64,000 nt of DNA, from contig RHPI01001855.1 in NCBI GenBank assembly GCA_009103225.1, positions 69,296 to 133,295 on the forward strand, in the 5' to 3' direction. The stretch's first letter is position 1; every line of letters begins with the position of its first letter. Shown here piece after piece: positions 24,506-36,323 of the stretch. The stretch is from Chlorokybus atmophyticus. Lineage: Eukaryota; Plantae; Mesostigma and Chlorokybus algae. The notes under the pieces were generated by a model. The model searched no databases. It was given only the letters and a program-made list of their open reading frames with translations, and was not told where the DNA came from. A program made the position numbers and the translations under genes.

Positions 24506-25522
24506 TGTCACGCCCACATGGCAGGCAAAAGTCATTCTCTGTCCCTTACTTATGTGGTAAGTAAGATGAGACCAAGTGGGGACCCACACTATGCAAGCGT
24601 GTGTAGTGCTTGTGGGTGTGCTCTCATATAGGTCTGCTCTAGAGCCTGTGCGGCCTTGAGCATGATGAACTACACAAGGCATGATGGCAAGCACAGGGCT
24701 GATCATAGCCGATGAGACATCATGTAATGTACAGAGACATATGTGTGCATATGTCCGCATGTGTATGCATGTGTTTGCATATGTGTGCACATGTACGCAT
24801 ATGAGTGCATATGCGTGCATGAGAGATATGTATTAGATGTATGCATGTATACGCATGCATGCGCATATGTGTGCATATGCGCGCATATGTATGCATAAGG
24901 ATGCATATGTATGCATGAGTGTGATGTCCTAGGCTGATGTGACCAGCCAAGGACGTTCACAACGTCCAAGGATGGTGAGTGTGATGTCCTAGGCTGATGT
25001 GACCAGCCTAGGGACGTTTACAATGTCCGAGGCTGATGTGTGATCAGTCTTGGGCGTTGAAAGAGGTGCAAGGGCTGATGTGGCAGCCCTAGACATGAGT
25101 TGTGGTCAATGCAGCCATGACAAGGCATGTAGCCTTGGACTTGGATGTTCTAAGTCGGAGAGCAGCAAAGAGAGGGTATATGAACGGCCTCAACATGTGT
25201 TGAGGCAGCTCAGCATGTGCATACTCGACTCTTGTGTGTGGGGTGCCTAGTTTAGTTGTTCAAGGGGCTCTCCCTCTCATCCCATGTGGGGTGTGATGTC
25301 CGTGGCAGCTTTGCACATGTGTGTAAAGTGTGCTTGAGTGTGTGAGTGTGTGGGAGCTGAGTAGAGAGGTTGGTGTCATCCTCTCCTTCCTTGATGCGGT
25401 GCTGTGACTTCCTCTGCAAGGTACTGCACCAGTGACGCTGGTAGGGCTTCCAGTAGTAAGTTCTTGTGCTTGTGCATAAGTTCGCCAAGCCGCCCAGCAA
25501 GTAAGTGAGTGGTATCGTTACA
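24506..25522 (+). repeat. 3' LTR of Ty3/gypsy #1
   Basis: Follows the PPT, ends GTTACA, and is followed by TSD GTCCA. Confidence 0.97.
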
Positions 25523-25527
25523 GTCCA

Positions 25528-25813
25528 TTAGCTCCCTCTCTTTTTTTTCATCCTTGCCACTGAGTGTTTGGGTGCTCTCCTGCGCATCACTCCTGAGGTT
25601 GAAGGTATACGGTTACAAAACTCGGATGACCTGCAGGACGAGGCCCACGAGCTAAAGTACACAGGATACGCGGACGACACGGAGGTCTACATTGCTCTCA
25701 CCCCGAGCAGCTTCCACGCCCTTCGCAAAGTCCTGGACCTGTATTGCTTGACCTCGGATTCCAGTCTCAACCTGAGGAAGTCGAAAGGCATTCTTCTTAG
25801 TCCTCCCTCGGAT

Positions 25814-25897
<84 letters not shown>

Positions 25898-27400
25898 NGG
25901 ACCAGCTGTTCACCGAGGTGATAGCCAAGATGCGGCGCAAGCTTAACCTATGGTCGCGCCAGCACTTATCCTTGGTGGGGCGGGCTCTTACAGCCAACCA
26001 GACCGTCCTGTCATGTCTCTGATATCTAGCAGCGATAGCCTCTCCCCCAGCGACGGATCTCAGACAGCTGACCGCCAACTGCAGGGGGTACATATGGCGG
26101 CATGACCCCGAGCAGCGTGCCAAAGGCCAGCAAGTAAACTGGCCCACTGATTGCTTGCCCAAGCGGCTTGGGGGCCTAGGGGTGCTGCACCCGACATGGC
26201 AAACCACGGCTTTACTAGCCAAGTGGGCTGCCCGCTTGATGGACCCCACATGGGTGGAATGGAAGGTGCTGGGCTTTCATCAGGTTGACATGTGGGGTAC
26301 TGAGCACCTCCCCTTACGGACAGGCCTTTCTCGCTTGATACGCGGTACCTGAAGGGGCGGCCCTGTACGCTGTCGGCCTGCCCATTCGGCACCTTCCGGT
26401 GCATTGGCGCAACATCTTTCAGGCGTGGATGCAGGTCCGCCCTACTACGCCGTCACGAACAAATTTTGATGAGGTTTTAAGACAACCTCTCTTTCACAAT
26501 GCACACGTTGTGGACGCGCTCGGCCAGGTGGTGGGTGGCTTTCAACCTTCCAGGCGCTACTGGCGGCACTGGGCAGAGGCAGGCTTTCTCACGGTGGCAA
26601 CGCTTTGGGATAGTGTTCTGCGTTGACCATATCCAGCTTCTACCCTTGCACTATGGGTGCCCTCGGATGCTAGGGCGGAAAAACACGAAGCCGAGCTGTG
26701 GAACCTCCTTCCGGCAGCTTGGCGCCTGCTGCTGCACGGCAGGAAAGGGTGTCCTACTGTTGGAGAGTGGTGGGGCCTTCTCACTCCTGATCACAAGGTC
26801 AGTGCGGCACTGCGTGCAGAGTCCACACACGGCCAGCTCTGTACCGGCTTGCTCTTTCCTCTTGTCGGCGATGAGGGAGACATCCTCGCCTCTCCCTCCT
26901 CGTTCACGACGGGCATCTCCACGTTGCAGCGCATCCGGGTCTTGCAAGAGCCTGTGCGCTGGCGAGGCAATCCCGCCATCAGCTCCCCGGCATGGTTGGC
27001 ATTGCCCGACACTCAACGCTACCTGGGGTGGCGTGTAGCGGGGGGAGCTCCCTTGCACGTCCTGCATATGGACCCGGCGTTGTCTGTATGGGGAACGCAG
27101 GCGTCTTCCCCGCAGCAACCCCTCTCGTTATGGGATTACACGATCAAGTTTGGCTACACCCTCCTCAGCACACCGCACGCACATCAGGCGCCCGCATTGC
27201 GCCGATGGGATCCTGAGCAACACCCGGTATCGTGGCCGGCGCACTGGTCGCGCCTGCACAAGACACCCTTGGCGGCTCCCCTTTTTCCCTCTCCTTTTCC
27301 TAGCTCCTGTTTCACACTTCGTTTCCCACTTCTCACACACAACTCCGTCCAGTTTGGTTGACTCTTTGTGCATTGACTCTCTGGCACATCTGGGTGGCCA
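25528..27400 (+). pseudogene. LINE ORF2, C-terminal half (RT end and downstream region)
   Basis: LAPSLFFILATECLG, YTGYADDT, LNLRKSK, LPKRLGGLGVL, QPLFHNAHV. Contains stops, frameshifts and a poly-C run at about 25815-25897. Confidence 0.85.
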
Positions 27401-27748
27401 GGTGTTCGGTGATGTACTCAGGGTCCTCTCCCTCCTCAACTGTCATTGTGTGCTCTTTCGCTTCCAGTGTTCAGATTCGGGCCAAGGAGGGGTGGCTTCT
27501 AGTCACGTCCTCGCCATAGGAAGACATTCGACTTGCTCGTTTCACAACCTTCACGGACTCGTGGGCTTGCCACTCTATCCTCTGCTCTACAACCTGGGCT
27601 TCTCCTCGGATACACTGGCATACACTAGATATTAGTGTTCGTGATGTGTTCTCTATTAATTAGCATATACTAGCCTTTTTGTCGCCTTCAACTCTTGCAT
27701 GTTTCTTCTTAATACATTTCTCTTGTTTGGGTTTAAAAAAAGAAAGTG

Positions 27749-28560
27749 TCCCCCAGGTGTATGCCGCCAGCTGCTGCCTTCTTATCACATTAAGTGAGCT
27801 CCTTCATCAGGATTTGTACATCTCCATCTTTGAATCAACATCGAGCGCGCAGTAGTCCATGCTGTTCTGCAGAGCTACTTTGATGTCGAGCACCATGTTG
27901 TCCCAAGAGATTCCTTCACGCTTCTTGGTCCGTCTAGCACTATTCCACTGTCTGAGTATCGCTTTGTAATAAGCGCTTGCTTTAGCCACAATGTCTTCAT
28001 CGGATTGGGTTGCCTAATGCTTCTCAGGCTGCTCTAGTGTTTTCAGCTTCTTCTCTGGTAACAATGAGCATACATGTTAAGCACCAGTGTGAGCAAGCAT
28101 GAGATTTGAGTTGAGAAGAAAATACAGCACAAAATTACCTACAGGCTGCAAGACAGGTTCATTCTCAGGCTTCTCTTGTCTTTTCATATTCTTCTCTGTT
28201 GAGAATAAGCATACATGTTAAGCACCAGTATGAGCAAGCATGAGATTCATGAGAAGCATGAGATTAGAGATGAGAAGCTAAAACATCACAAAGTTACCTG
28301 CAGGCAGCTGGTCTCCAATGCGAACCAGTTTGCGCTTGGCAAGCATGATAAACAACCCAATAAGCCACTAAGCAAAATAACAAGCACAAAGAGAAACACA
28401 GACAAGAGGCCTTGATGCACGAGGCCTTAAGCACGAGGCCGCCCCTGTGCACCAACCAGCACAAGCATTATTCGTCGGACTGGGTTGCCTCAAGCTTCTC
28501 AGGCTGCTCTGGTGTTTTCAGCACAACAACAAGCACAAAGAGGAATACAGACAAGCGGCC
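27749..28560 (-). pseudogene. Upstream part of the OTU-containing gene, with internal duplications
   Basis: Exonic KASAYYKAILRQWNSARRTKKREGISWDNMVLDIKVALQ. Reads through the AAAGTG TSD into the OTU frame (AYTWGTL*ESDLPAEQTGAERRLGGLLKEKG). Near-duplicate segments at about 28000/28476, 28063/28205 and 28376/28526. Confidence 0.4.
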
Positions 28561-29310
28561 TTAACACCGGTAATATCGAGACCCGCGGAAACTTGAACAT
28601 TCAGGCTACGTGGTGTGAATATTCAGCTACTGTTGTCGCAATCGACCTTTTCACTTGCTTTTTGGGTGAATCTTCACCTGTACTCGTGCTATGTGTCCTA
28701 CCCCTGCCAATATTAGATCACGGTGTCCACTCATATGTCAAGTGAATCTTTGGTTTTCTTGTAGGTGAAACGTGTCTGCTAATATAAGTTGTAAATGTTT
28801 ACGTGCATATAGATTAAAGATTCACCGTCACTCACCTGCCACTTGACAATCCACTAACTACCCCCAACATTCATTGACAATGTGGATAAATCTTATATTT
28901 TGACGAACTTATGTATCACAGACATTGTGTAAAATCTGCGTCCTAAACCCGAATGATTGTGCATTGCATCATGTTAACTTTAATGAAAAATTATTATATT
29001 CCACTGCCAACTCATAAAAACATCATGTTGTGATTTTGATTCAGTCCTAAGTGTGAGTGAAAAACCAAGCTACTGCACTGTTGCATTCATGCTAATCAAT
29101 GTGTTTACTAATACCACTAGTGTTTTACACAAGCCGCTTAGCTTAACCATAACCACCCTACGCATGGCAGCTATGCTTGCAGACTATCCATCAATCTTTG
29201 CAGGCTTCTTCTCAAGCTATCTGCTTCTTGAGGACGAAACCAATTACTTTGCAGCTGCGCACCACACAACGACATGTGGTTACTCAGCACATATTAACCA
29301 ACAAAGTATG

Positions 29311-30328
29311 TCATGCATACACCTTCCACTTGAGGACATAGCACAACACATATACTTGTTGTACCTGTCGAAATATCGACGCGTTTTGCTCGATTGGACC
29401 AGCTCGTAACCCATCTATAAACTTGTCAAGATAAACCATGACAAACAAACCGCACGCAACTGCATCCTGCTGCTGAGGGACCTGCACAAACACGTGTCAA
29501 GACATCCGAAACAAACGCTTGCCAAGACATGCACCTAATCAGCACTGGTGACCTTCTGAGGATACATGTAAGCTCATCACTAGTGCAGCATAACGTCTAC
29601 TACCTGCGGTATCAGTAGCGAGACCTTGCCGTGAGAGAAGCGTCGCTGTGAGTCACTTCCATGCTTCCTACCCCACATGTAATCGAGGTAACCACGCATG
29701 GGTCCGTCAACGTTGCGATGTAGGTCAAGGGAGTCGAGATGCACGAGTAAGGGCGGTGTGTTGCTTGCGAGTTGCCCTCCAGGATTGCACACGAGCAGCA
29801 AACTCCAGTGAGTCCTGTTCACACAACTACAGTCATACCACGTTCCCAAGTACAGCAGCAATGCAGAAAGACATATAACCTTAACTTCGCGATTGTTCTC
29901 ACCGCGCATCTGGGTGAACAATTGCTGTAAGCAAGTTCTTGGAAAACGGGTCACTCTCCCACCTGTCTAGCCTGTGATTATTTGCTGTGCCAGTCATTTT
30001 GTCTATAGCATTATGCGATCTTGGTGTAGAAATGCGGGTGGAACAGCTTCACTTGTATGCCGTTTGCTCTGCCTGAGACTTCCTCTTCCTTATATCTACA
30101 TGTGCATGCCACGTACATATGAGACACACGAATAACACAGACACAACAAACCTCATACCTGCAAAAGAAGTGAAGAATGGTGTCATTGAGCTCCTGTCTG
30201 CCATCCAGCAACCTCCAGTCCATTTCAGGCACTGGCACCGCATCACGTGCACTTGCACTAGGGTAAATGAACAGTGGCTGTGGTTCGTCCAGCACCATGA
30301 TATCATCATCGCTACCCACGAGGTCCAC
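29311..30328 (-). pseudogene. ULP1/SENP (peptidase C48) SUMO-protease-like gene, spliced
   Basis: LDGRQELNDTILHFF, FHPHFYTKI, catalytic HWSLLLV, HLDSL, and VPQQQDAVACGLFV (His-Asp-Gln-Cys set). GT-AG introns (e.g. 30158-30096). TAA stop after FYTKIA. Confidence 0.85.
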
Positions 30329-32069
30329 AACTGTTATAGCCGTCGTGGGTTGCTAATTACAACCCTCTTCTCCATCTTCATCATGAACTTCCATAGCAAC
30401 TGCCTCTGCGGCCATAGATGGTTCAGATAGGTAATGAAAACCACGCAAATCAAGCTCAAGTACACAGCAGCTTAACATTGTTAGCCTCATTCCCGCACTC
30501 TTCAGCGTTGTGTTCACTCCCAATCTCCACAGGTGGTTGTGAAACCATACCATTGTTGCCCGGCAGAGAACGACTAGTGAGGCTCTCCCTTGGGAGATGC
30601 GCTGGAGCACCACCTTCTTTGTATATAGCGCATTGCGTGCATGTGACTTCAAGCATGCTGCCAACAGCATGCCGTTAACAGAGGTTGTTTGGGCACGTCG
30701 CGCAAACTTACAAAGCTGGTTTATTGCAGCTCCTGACATGGCACCTACATTCGGAGAATTAAAAATACTATCGATCCAATAAAGTGCGCCAGTAAAAGTT
30801 GCAAAGCACTTGCGGCGATAACGTCCACTTACTTGTACCTGGGACACTCTCAGTGATCACCTTCCACAAGTGGTAGTCCGACACAACGCCCGTGGTAGCT
30901 TTTCCAGCAACCTTCGACATCGCAGCCAAATATGATGCCGCCATCCTTGCAGACAAAGCAATAGTCTTCATGTTCTCGCAGCTCCAACGCATCCAGCTCC
31001 AGCCTCGGTCTCATCCTGCAAATCACGTGTTTAGTTCTCCATGTAACACAATCGGTGGTATACTATGGCATTATAATCACAAAGAGTACCGCATGTACTC
31101 AAAACGCAAGTCACGACGTGCTCCATGACACCTCACTCGAAGTGCTGTTAATTTCGCTCTTGAAACCCTGAACCATATACACAAGATGGTTGTATGTGAT
31201 GCCAAGACCGACGAATTGTGAGGACAACGAACCATTCATAGACTAAACTGATATCACCGGAGTGTCGCGGTGCGTGCCTCTGCGCATGAGACTGCGCCTG
31301 TCTTTCACAAGTGCTATTGTTACTTTGTCGTCATCTAAATCAATGCCCTCAAACCACTAGCCCTTGACCTGCAGGCAAGCGAGCACATGTATCAGCTAAT
31401 TCCGCTGTACCATTATTGCAACACACGCAACGACAATTGCAACACAACTACTTACGGGGTTGCAGTCAAGGTAGGTTTGTTCTGCAAAGCGCGGCTTGTC
31501 TTTTCGTAGTAATGCAAAGCCCCCACGATGCTGCACCTGGTTGCTCATGTACCACCTCGCTCTGAGTAGATGGTGCTCCCGTCCAGCAATCACTACAACA
31601 TCAAACGATTGCACCCTGCCATACCAGTGGACCTTTTTGGTTGGTCGTCCGCGTCACGCCCAATGGTAAACACGCCACCGTCCATGATGCGGAGCTTCCT
31701 CTCAGCTTCCTCGGCTCTGAACTGGCCAATATCTTTGTAACGTGCTCGGTAGTATTTTGTTAAGCGCTTTGGAAAGATAGGACCGCTCAACAGCTCCTGC
31801 TCGTGCTTTGTGAGCTCCCTAGCAGGTCCACGCCATTGATGCAGCTCAATCATGTGCTCAATGTCACCGGTCAGCACATGCCCTTTTGCTTGAGCCCGTT
31901 CACATGCCTTCCGTCTCTTGTGCACCTCTCGACTGAAGTCTCTGAACATTGCATACCAACCCCGTTAGACAAGTGTCGATTGTGATGCATTGTGACATGC
32001 CGTACAAAGCGATTATTAAAAAATCGTACTCTTTTAGCATCATGTACTCGTTGTCATTCTCTGCCAACC

Positions 32070-32741
32070 TGTGACGGTGCTCGTGCCTTGTCACCTGTGA
32101 GTTGGTCCAATCCACAACCCTCTCACCAAGACACGGTATTCACACCGGAACCTTGCCCCCTCTGCCAAGCACACACGCGCGCCCCGCCACTCGCGTACGC
32201 ACGTGCGTGCGCTCGAAGCTACACACCGACTTGTGTAGCGCCTTGGATCGTCACACAAGCAAGCACACACCGGTAGACACACGCTAGCAACCCCTGCTAG
32301 CCACCACCAAGCTTGCACACAAGAAACTAGGGAGCTAAAGGTTGTATTGCAAATTGTAGAATCTCACTTTTATACCTACCAGTCTGCACATGCTACTGTC
32401 TAGACGATTCTAGCGCTAGACGGAACTAGAAGCTAAGATATTCTTGCAGAATCTTGTAGTAAACTTCTAGACCTTTCCAACGCACCAAAGATCTCCTAAT
32501 TTGCTGCTCATATGGTCAAGTTATACTACTTGGCGCCAGGCCCTTCCAGAAATCTGGTCGAGCCCTTCTCGACTGGCCCTCCGTTTTCTGGCACCTTCCG
32601 GACTGGTCTTGGGGCCCCGGTCGATATCCGCGGCAGACTCATAACTCGCCGATATCCGCCACAAGTCATTAAAAACATGTACCTTACAAATAAGGCCTAA
32701 AACGGCCATGAAAATCACAGAATTTGGCCTTGACTGTTACA
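32070..32741 (-). repeat. 3' LTR of Ty3/gypsy #2 (672 bp)
   Basis: Minus-strand ends TGTAAC...GTCACA. Confidence 0.97.
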
Positions 32742-35700
32742 CTCCTCCCCCCCCAGGTGAGCTTCGTCCTCGAAGCTCGCGAGGTTGTCGTCGAGCAAGA
32801 TAGGCACGCACAACGTCTTGAGCATTAGTCAAGTGTGCCTCTGGCTCCCAGGATGCTTCATGCAACGGATAGCCCTTCCATTTCACTAAGAACTTGCGTA
32901 CGCCATGCATAAATTTCTCACCAAGGATGTCTTCTACCTCCCACTCGGGTTCACCGTCTGTGCCAACTTCGGGGGGTGGCCTTTCTGGCGGTTGTCCTCG
33001 ATATGCTTTCAGAAGGGAGACGTGAAAAACGGGGTGCACACGCATGGTGTCGGGTAGCTCCAACTTGTACGCCACGTCCGAGATAACTTTGCTGACCTTA
33101 AATGGTCCCAACCAGCGTTCATTCAGCTTGCGAACTCCCGTACGCACCTGGACGTGCTTCGCGGAGAGTAACACAATGTCGCCTTCCTGAAACGTGAGGT
33201 GTCGGCGATGCGCGTCCGCGTACTGCTTCTGCCGATTTTGTGCCACCAATAACGCATCCCTAGCTGCCTTGTTAATGTCCGCGCACTTTGTAAGGAAGTC
33301 ATTAGCTGCCTCCACACGCACGTCATGTCGTCGCGGTGTCCATGCCGTCAACGGTGTCAATGGATGTTGCCCGTAGTTCATAAGGAAGGGAGTGACACCT
33401 GTGCTTGCATTGTGGTGGTTGTTGATCGCAAACTCAACCAACTCAAGCAGCTCCTCCCAATTGTCTTGTCGCGCGTTAACGTAGCAACGCAGCATGTCCT
33501 CGATCACACGGTTGGCCCGCTCCGTTTGCCCATCAGTTTGCGGGTGGAATGCCGTGCTAAACTTCAGTGTGGTACCCAGTGCACTATGCAGCGCCTCCCA
33601 AAACTTACTTGTAAAGCGCGGGTCGCGATCACTCACAATGCATCGTGGTAATCCATGAGAACGAAATACATGCTTCACGAACAAGCGTGCTGCCTCCGGT
33701 GCCGTGCAAGACTCACTACACGGTGCCAAGCGTACCATTTTGCTGGTTTTATCGACGAACACAAGTATAGCGTCGTACCCTTCTTTTGTCTTTGGTAGCC
33801 CCGTGATAAAGTCCATGGTAACTTGCTCCCACTTGGACAATGGCACAGGGAGAGGTTGCAGCAACCCACCTGGCTTTTGGTTGCTTGCCTTCACCCTTTG
33901 GCATGCGTCGCACAACGCCACGTAGTCGCGCACATCGCGATGCATCTCTCGCCAGTAAAAACGCTGTTTTAAGCTTGCCAAAGTCCTTTCCAACCCTTGG
34001 TGACCAGCAATGGGCACGTCATGAGCTTCCTTCAGTAACTTCACACGGATATGCGCGACGTTGGGGATGTATAAGCGCCCATGGTGCCACAGCAGCCCGT
34101 CGCGCATTGACCAGTGCCCACTTGTGTCCGTAGCTGTATTTTCCAGCTCTTGCAACACTTTCATACCCTCCGTGTCTTCACGAAGCACTTGCCGAATCTG
34201 GTCGGTCCACTCGGGCTGCACTTGAGCGAGTGCCTCAATTGCATTAAGCCGGCTCAGCGCGTCAGCAACACCATTTGACGTACCGGGCTTGTACTTGATA
34301 TCGAAGTCAAAAAGTTGAAAGAACTCAAGCCATCGAGCTTGTCTGCGACTCAGATGAGGTTGTGTATGTAAGTACCTCAGTGGAGAGTGATCCGTCTCAA
34401 GCACGAACTTTTTGCCTTCCAAAAAACAACGCCATTGTCGTAGCGCCATGACTTGCGCTAAAAGTTCCTTCTCGTGCACGGGGTAATTCAGCTCCGCACC
34501 ACTCATCTTCTTGCTGAAGAATGCTACTGGTTGAAGGCCGTTGCCATGGTCTTGCTGCAAAACAGCTCCTACGGCTGTGTCGGACGCGTCGCAAGCCAAA
34601 ATAAATGTCTTTTCCATGTTGGGGTGAGCCAGGACTGGTGCCTCCGTCAGCGCCTTCTTCAGCGCAGCAAATGCATGTTCCTCTGTTGCTGACCAGCTCC
34701 AATGCTTTCCCTTCTTGAGTAGGGCCGTCAAGGAAGCAGCTATGCGCGAAAACCCCATGATAAACTTGCGATAATACCCCGCAAGGCCTAAAAAGGACAT
34801 CACCTCCTTTACATTGGTCGGGGCAGCCCACTCGCGCACCACCTGCACTTTGTTGGGGTCCGGCTTGATGCCTTCATGCGACACAATGTGGCCTAGGTAC
34901 TCCACCTCTCGAAGCAAGAATTTGCACTTTTGTAGCTGGGCGTACAACTTGTGTTCGCGCAAACGCTGCAACACGCGCCGTAGAAGTGCCACGTGCTCCT
35001 CCTTTGTTGTCGCGTACACCAAAATGTCGTCGAGGTACACGAGGACTCCCTTACCAATCAAGTCAGCAAAAACGCTGTTCATAAGCGTTTGAAATGTTGC
35101 CGGTGCGTTCGTAAGTCCGAAGGACATGACCAACCACTCGTAGTGCCCATAACGTGTGTTAAAAGCTGTTTTCTCCACATCCTCGGGCGCGATGCGAATT
35201 TGGTGATAACCTCCAGCAAGATCAAGTGTTGTGAAGTACTGCGCACCTTGCAATTGCTCCAGCAACTCGTCGATACGTGGGAGTGGAAAGCAATTCCTCT
35301 TCGTGATGTTGTTGAGAGCTCGGTAGTCGACGCACATGCGCAAGCTCCCGTTCTTCTTTCGTACAAACAAAATAGGTGCACCATAGGGGGACTTACTAGG
35401 CCTGATGTAGCCTCTTTTCAGCAAGTCCGCCACCTGCCTCTCGGCCTCTTCCAGTTCCAAAGGTGACAACTTGTATACGGGTCGATACGGTGGCTTGTGC
35501 ACGCCCTCAATCAGCTCCACACGGTGGTCTACGCTCCGTGGAGGTGGTAGACCAGATGGAAGTCCGTCCACCATGATATCTTGGTATTCTTTAACAAGTT
35601 TACACACCTCGGGGTCCATAGTAGCCGTCTGAACATCGTCACTCAGCTCCGGTGCTGACTTTGCAGTGTTTTCGCGCACCACGCACAACCATGCAGCCTT

Positions 35701-36270
35701 TGCCTTCCGTGGAGACAATAACTTCCTCAATTGCACATAAGAGATCTGGGCAATTGTCGTACCACCTAATTGTGCGTGCCGCGCCTCGATGACGTCCGAT
35801 GCAGCTTGAATGGACTCTCCACCGTTTCGCTCGATGGTGAGCACGCGCTTCCTCCAATTGATGGCTGGATTATGTTGCCATAGCCACGGTAGTCCCAAAA
35901 TCCCATCAAACCCGTTCCGTAGGGTGATGCAGCAAAACCGCATGCTCTCCTTCATCTTCCCAATGCAAACGCACAACTCTTTGGTCATAAACGCAGCGCC
36001 ATCACCTCCAGAGGGTGGCTCTCCATCAGCGAGCTTCACTTCACCTCCTCGTAATGACGAAAGCCAACCGTAACGCCGCGCAATATCAATACTCATAAAG
36101 TTGCTGTTGGCACCGCTATCAATCATGAGCTTACACTCTCTCCATCGTCCTTGGTCATCGCAAATGTGTGCTCGAAGCCCGAAGTACTTTGTTGTCTCCT
36201 CGTTTGCATAACTCACCACCATTGGCGCGTTCAAAGCCATCTCTTCTTGCTTCTTTAATGGAAATGTCAC
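32737..36270 (-). CDS. pol: Pol polyprotein (PR-RT-RH-IN-chromodomain), probably expressed by -1 frameshift from gag
   Basis: 1177-aa uninterrupted ORF: [50 protein letters not shown]...CDACQ, TMDFITGLP, VSDRDPRF, QTDGQTERANR, WEVEDIL...FLVKWKGYPLHEASWEP. Confidence 0.98.
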   Translation of the reverse strand: MTFPLKKQEEMALNAPMVVSYANEETTKYFGLRAHICDDQGRWRECKLMIDSGANSNFMSIDIARRYGWLSSLRGGEVKLADGEPPSGGDGAAFMTKELCVCIGKMKESMRFCCITLRNGFDGILGLPWLWQHNPAINWRKRVLTIERNGGESIQAASDVIEARHAQLGGTTIAQISYVQLRKLLSPRKAKAAWLCVVRENTAKSAPELSDDVQTATMDPEVCKLVKEYQDIMVDGLPSGLPPPRSVDHRVELIEGVHKPPYRPVYKLSPLELEEAERQVADLLKRGYIRPSKSPYGAPILFVRKKNGSLRMCVDYRALNNITKRNCFPLPRIDELLEQLQGAQYFTTLDLAGGYHQIRIAPEDVEKTAFNTRYGHYEWLVMSFGLTNAPATFQTLMNSVFADLIGKGVLVYLDDILVYATTKEEHVALLRRVLQRLREHKLYAQLQKCKFLLREVEYLGHIVSHEGIKPDPNKVQVVREWAAPTNVKEVMSFLGLAGYYRKFIMGFSRIAASLTALLKKGKHWSWSATEEHAFAALKKALTEAPVLAHPNMEKTFILACDASDTAVGAVLQQDHGNGLQPVAFFSKKMSGAELNYPVHEKELLAQVMALRQWRCFLEGKKFVLETDHSPLRYLHTQPHLSRRQARWLEFFQLFDFDIKYKPGTSNGVADALSRLNAIEALAQVQPEWTDQIRQVLREDTEGMKVLQELENTATDTSGHWSMRDGLLWHHGRLYIPNVAHIRVKLLKEAHDVPIAGHQGLERTLASLKQRFYWREMHRDVRDYVALCDACQRVKASNQKPGGLLQPLPVPLSKWEQVTMDFITGLPKTKEGYDAILVFVDKTSKMVRLAPCSESCTAPEAARLFVKHVFRSHGLPRCIVSDRDPRFTSKFWEALHSALGTTLKFSTAFHPQTDGQTERANRVIEDMLRCYVNARQDNWEELLELVEFAINNHHNASTGVTPFLMNYGQHPLTPLTAWTPRRHDVRVEAANDFLTKCADINKAARDALLVAQNRQKQYADAHRRHLTFQEGDIVLLSAKHVQVRTGVRKLNERWLGPFKVSKVISDVAYKLELPDTMRVHPVFHVSLLKAYRGQPPERPPPEVGTDGEPEWEVEDILGEKFMHGVRKFLVKWKGYPLHEASWEPEAHLTNAQDVVRAYLARRQPRELRGRSSPGGGGV

Positions 36271-36323
36271 AGCATCCGTCCGTGCATGAGGCTCCTTCCT
36301 ATCCCCAGCAGTAGCCTCCTCAC

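Larger units (their letters stand above)
16822..25522 (+). mobile_element. Ty3/gypsy chromovirus LTR retrotransposon (decayed)
   Basis: Two 1017-bp LTRs with TGTCAC...GTTACA ends, TSD GTCCA (16817-16821 / 25523-25527), PBS-like TTGGACTCGGAGC (17839-17851), PPT AAGTGGGGAGGAA (24493-24505), and PR-RT-RH-IN-chromo pol. Confidence 0.97.
16074..27742 (+). mobile_element. 5'-truncated L1/Tx1-like LINE, interrupted by a Ty3/gypsy element
   Basis: RT motifs KAPGKDGL, NWRPITLL, QAGFV, LLLDFEKAFDRLDW, VR*GCP|LAPSLF, YADD. A-rich 3' tail at 27735-27742. Candidate 6-bp TSD AAAGTG at 16068-16073 and 27743-27748. Confidence 0.85.

Noticed and set aside
25815-25898. About 83-bp poly-C (poly-Pro ORF) inside the LINE RT
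   Set aside because: It ends in an N and replaces expected RT sequence. Similar C runs flank other gaps, so it is probably a sequencing or gap-fill artefact.
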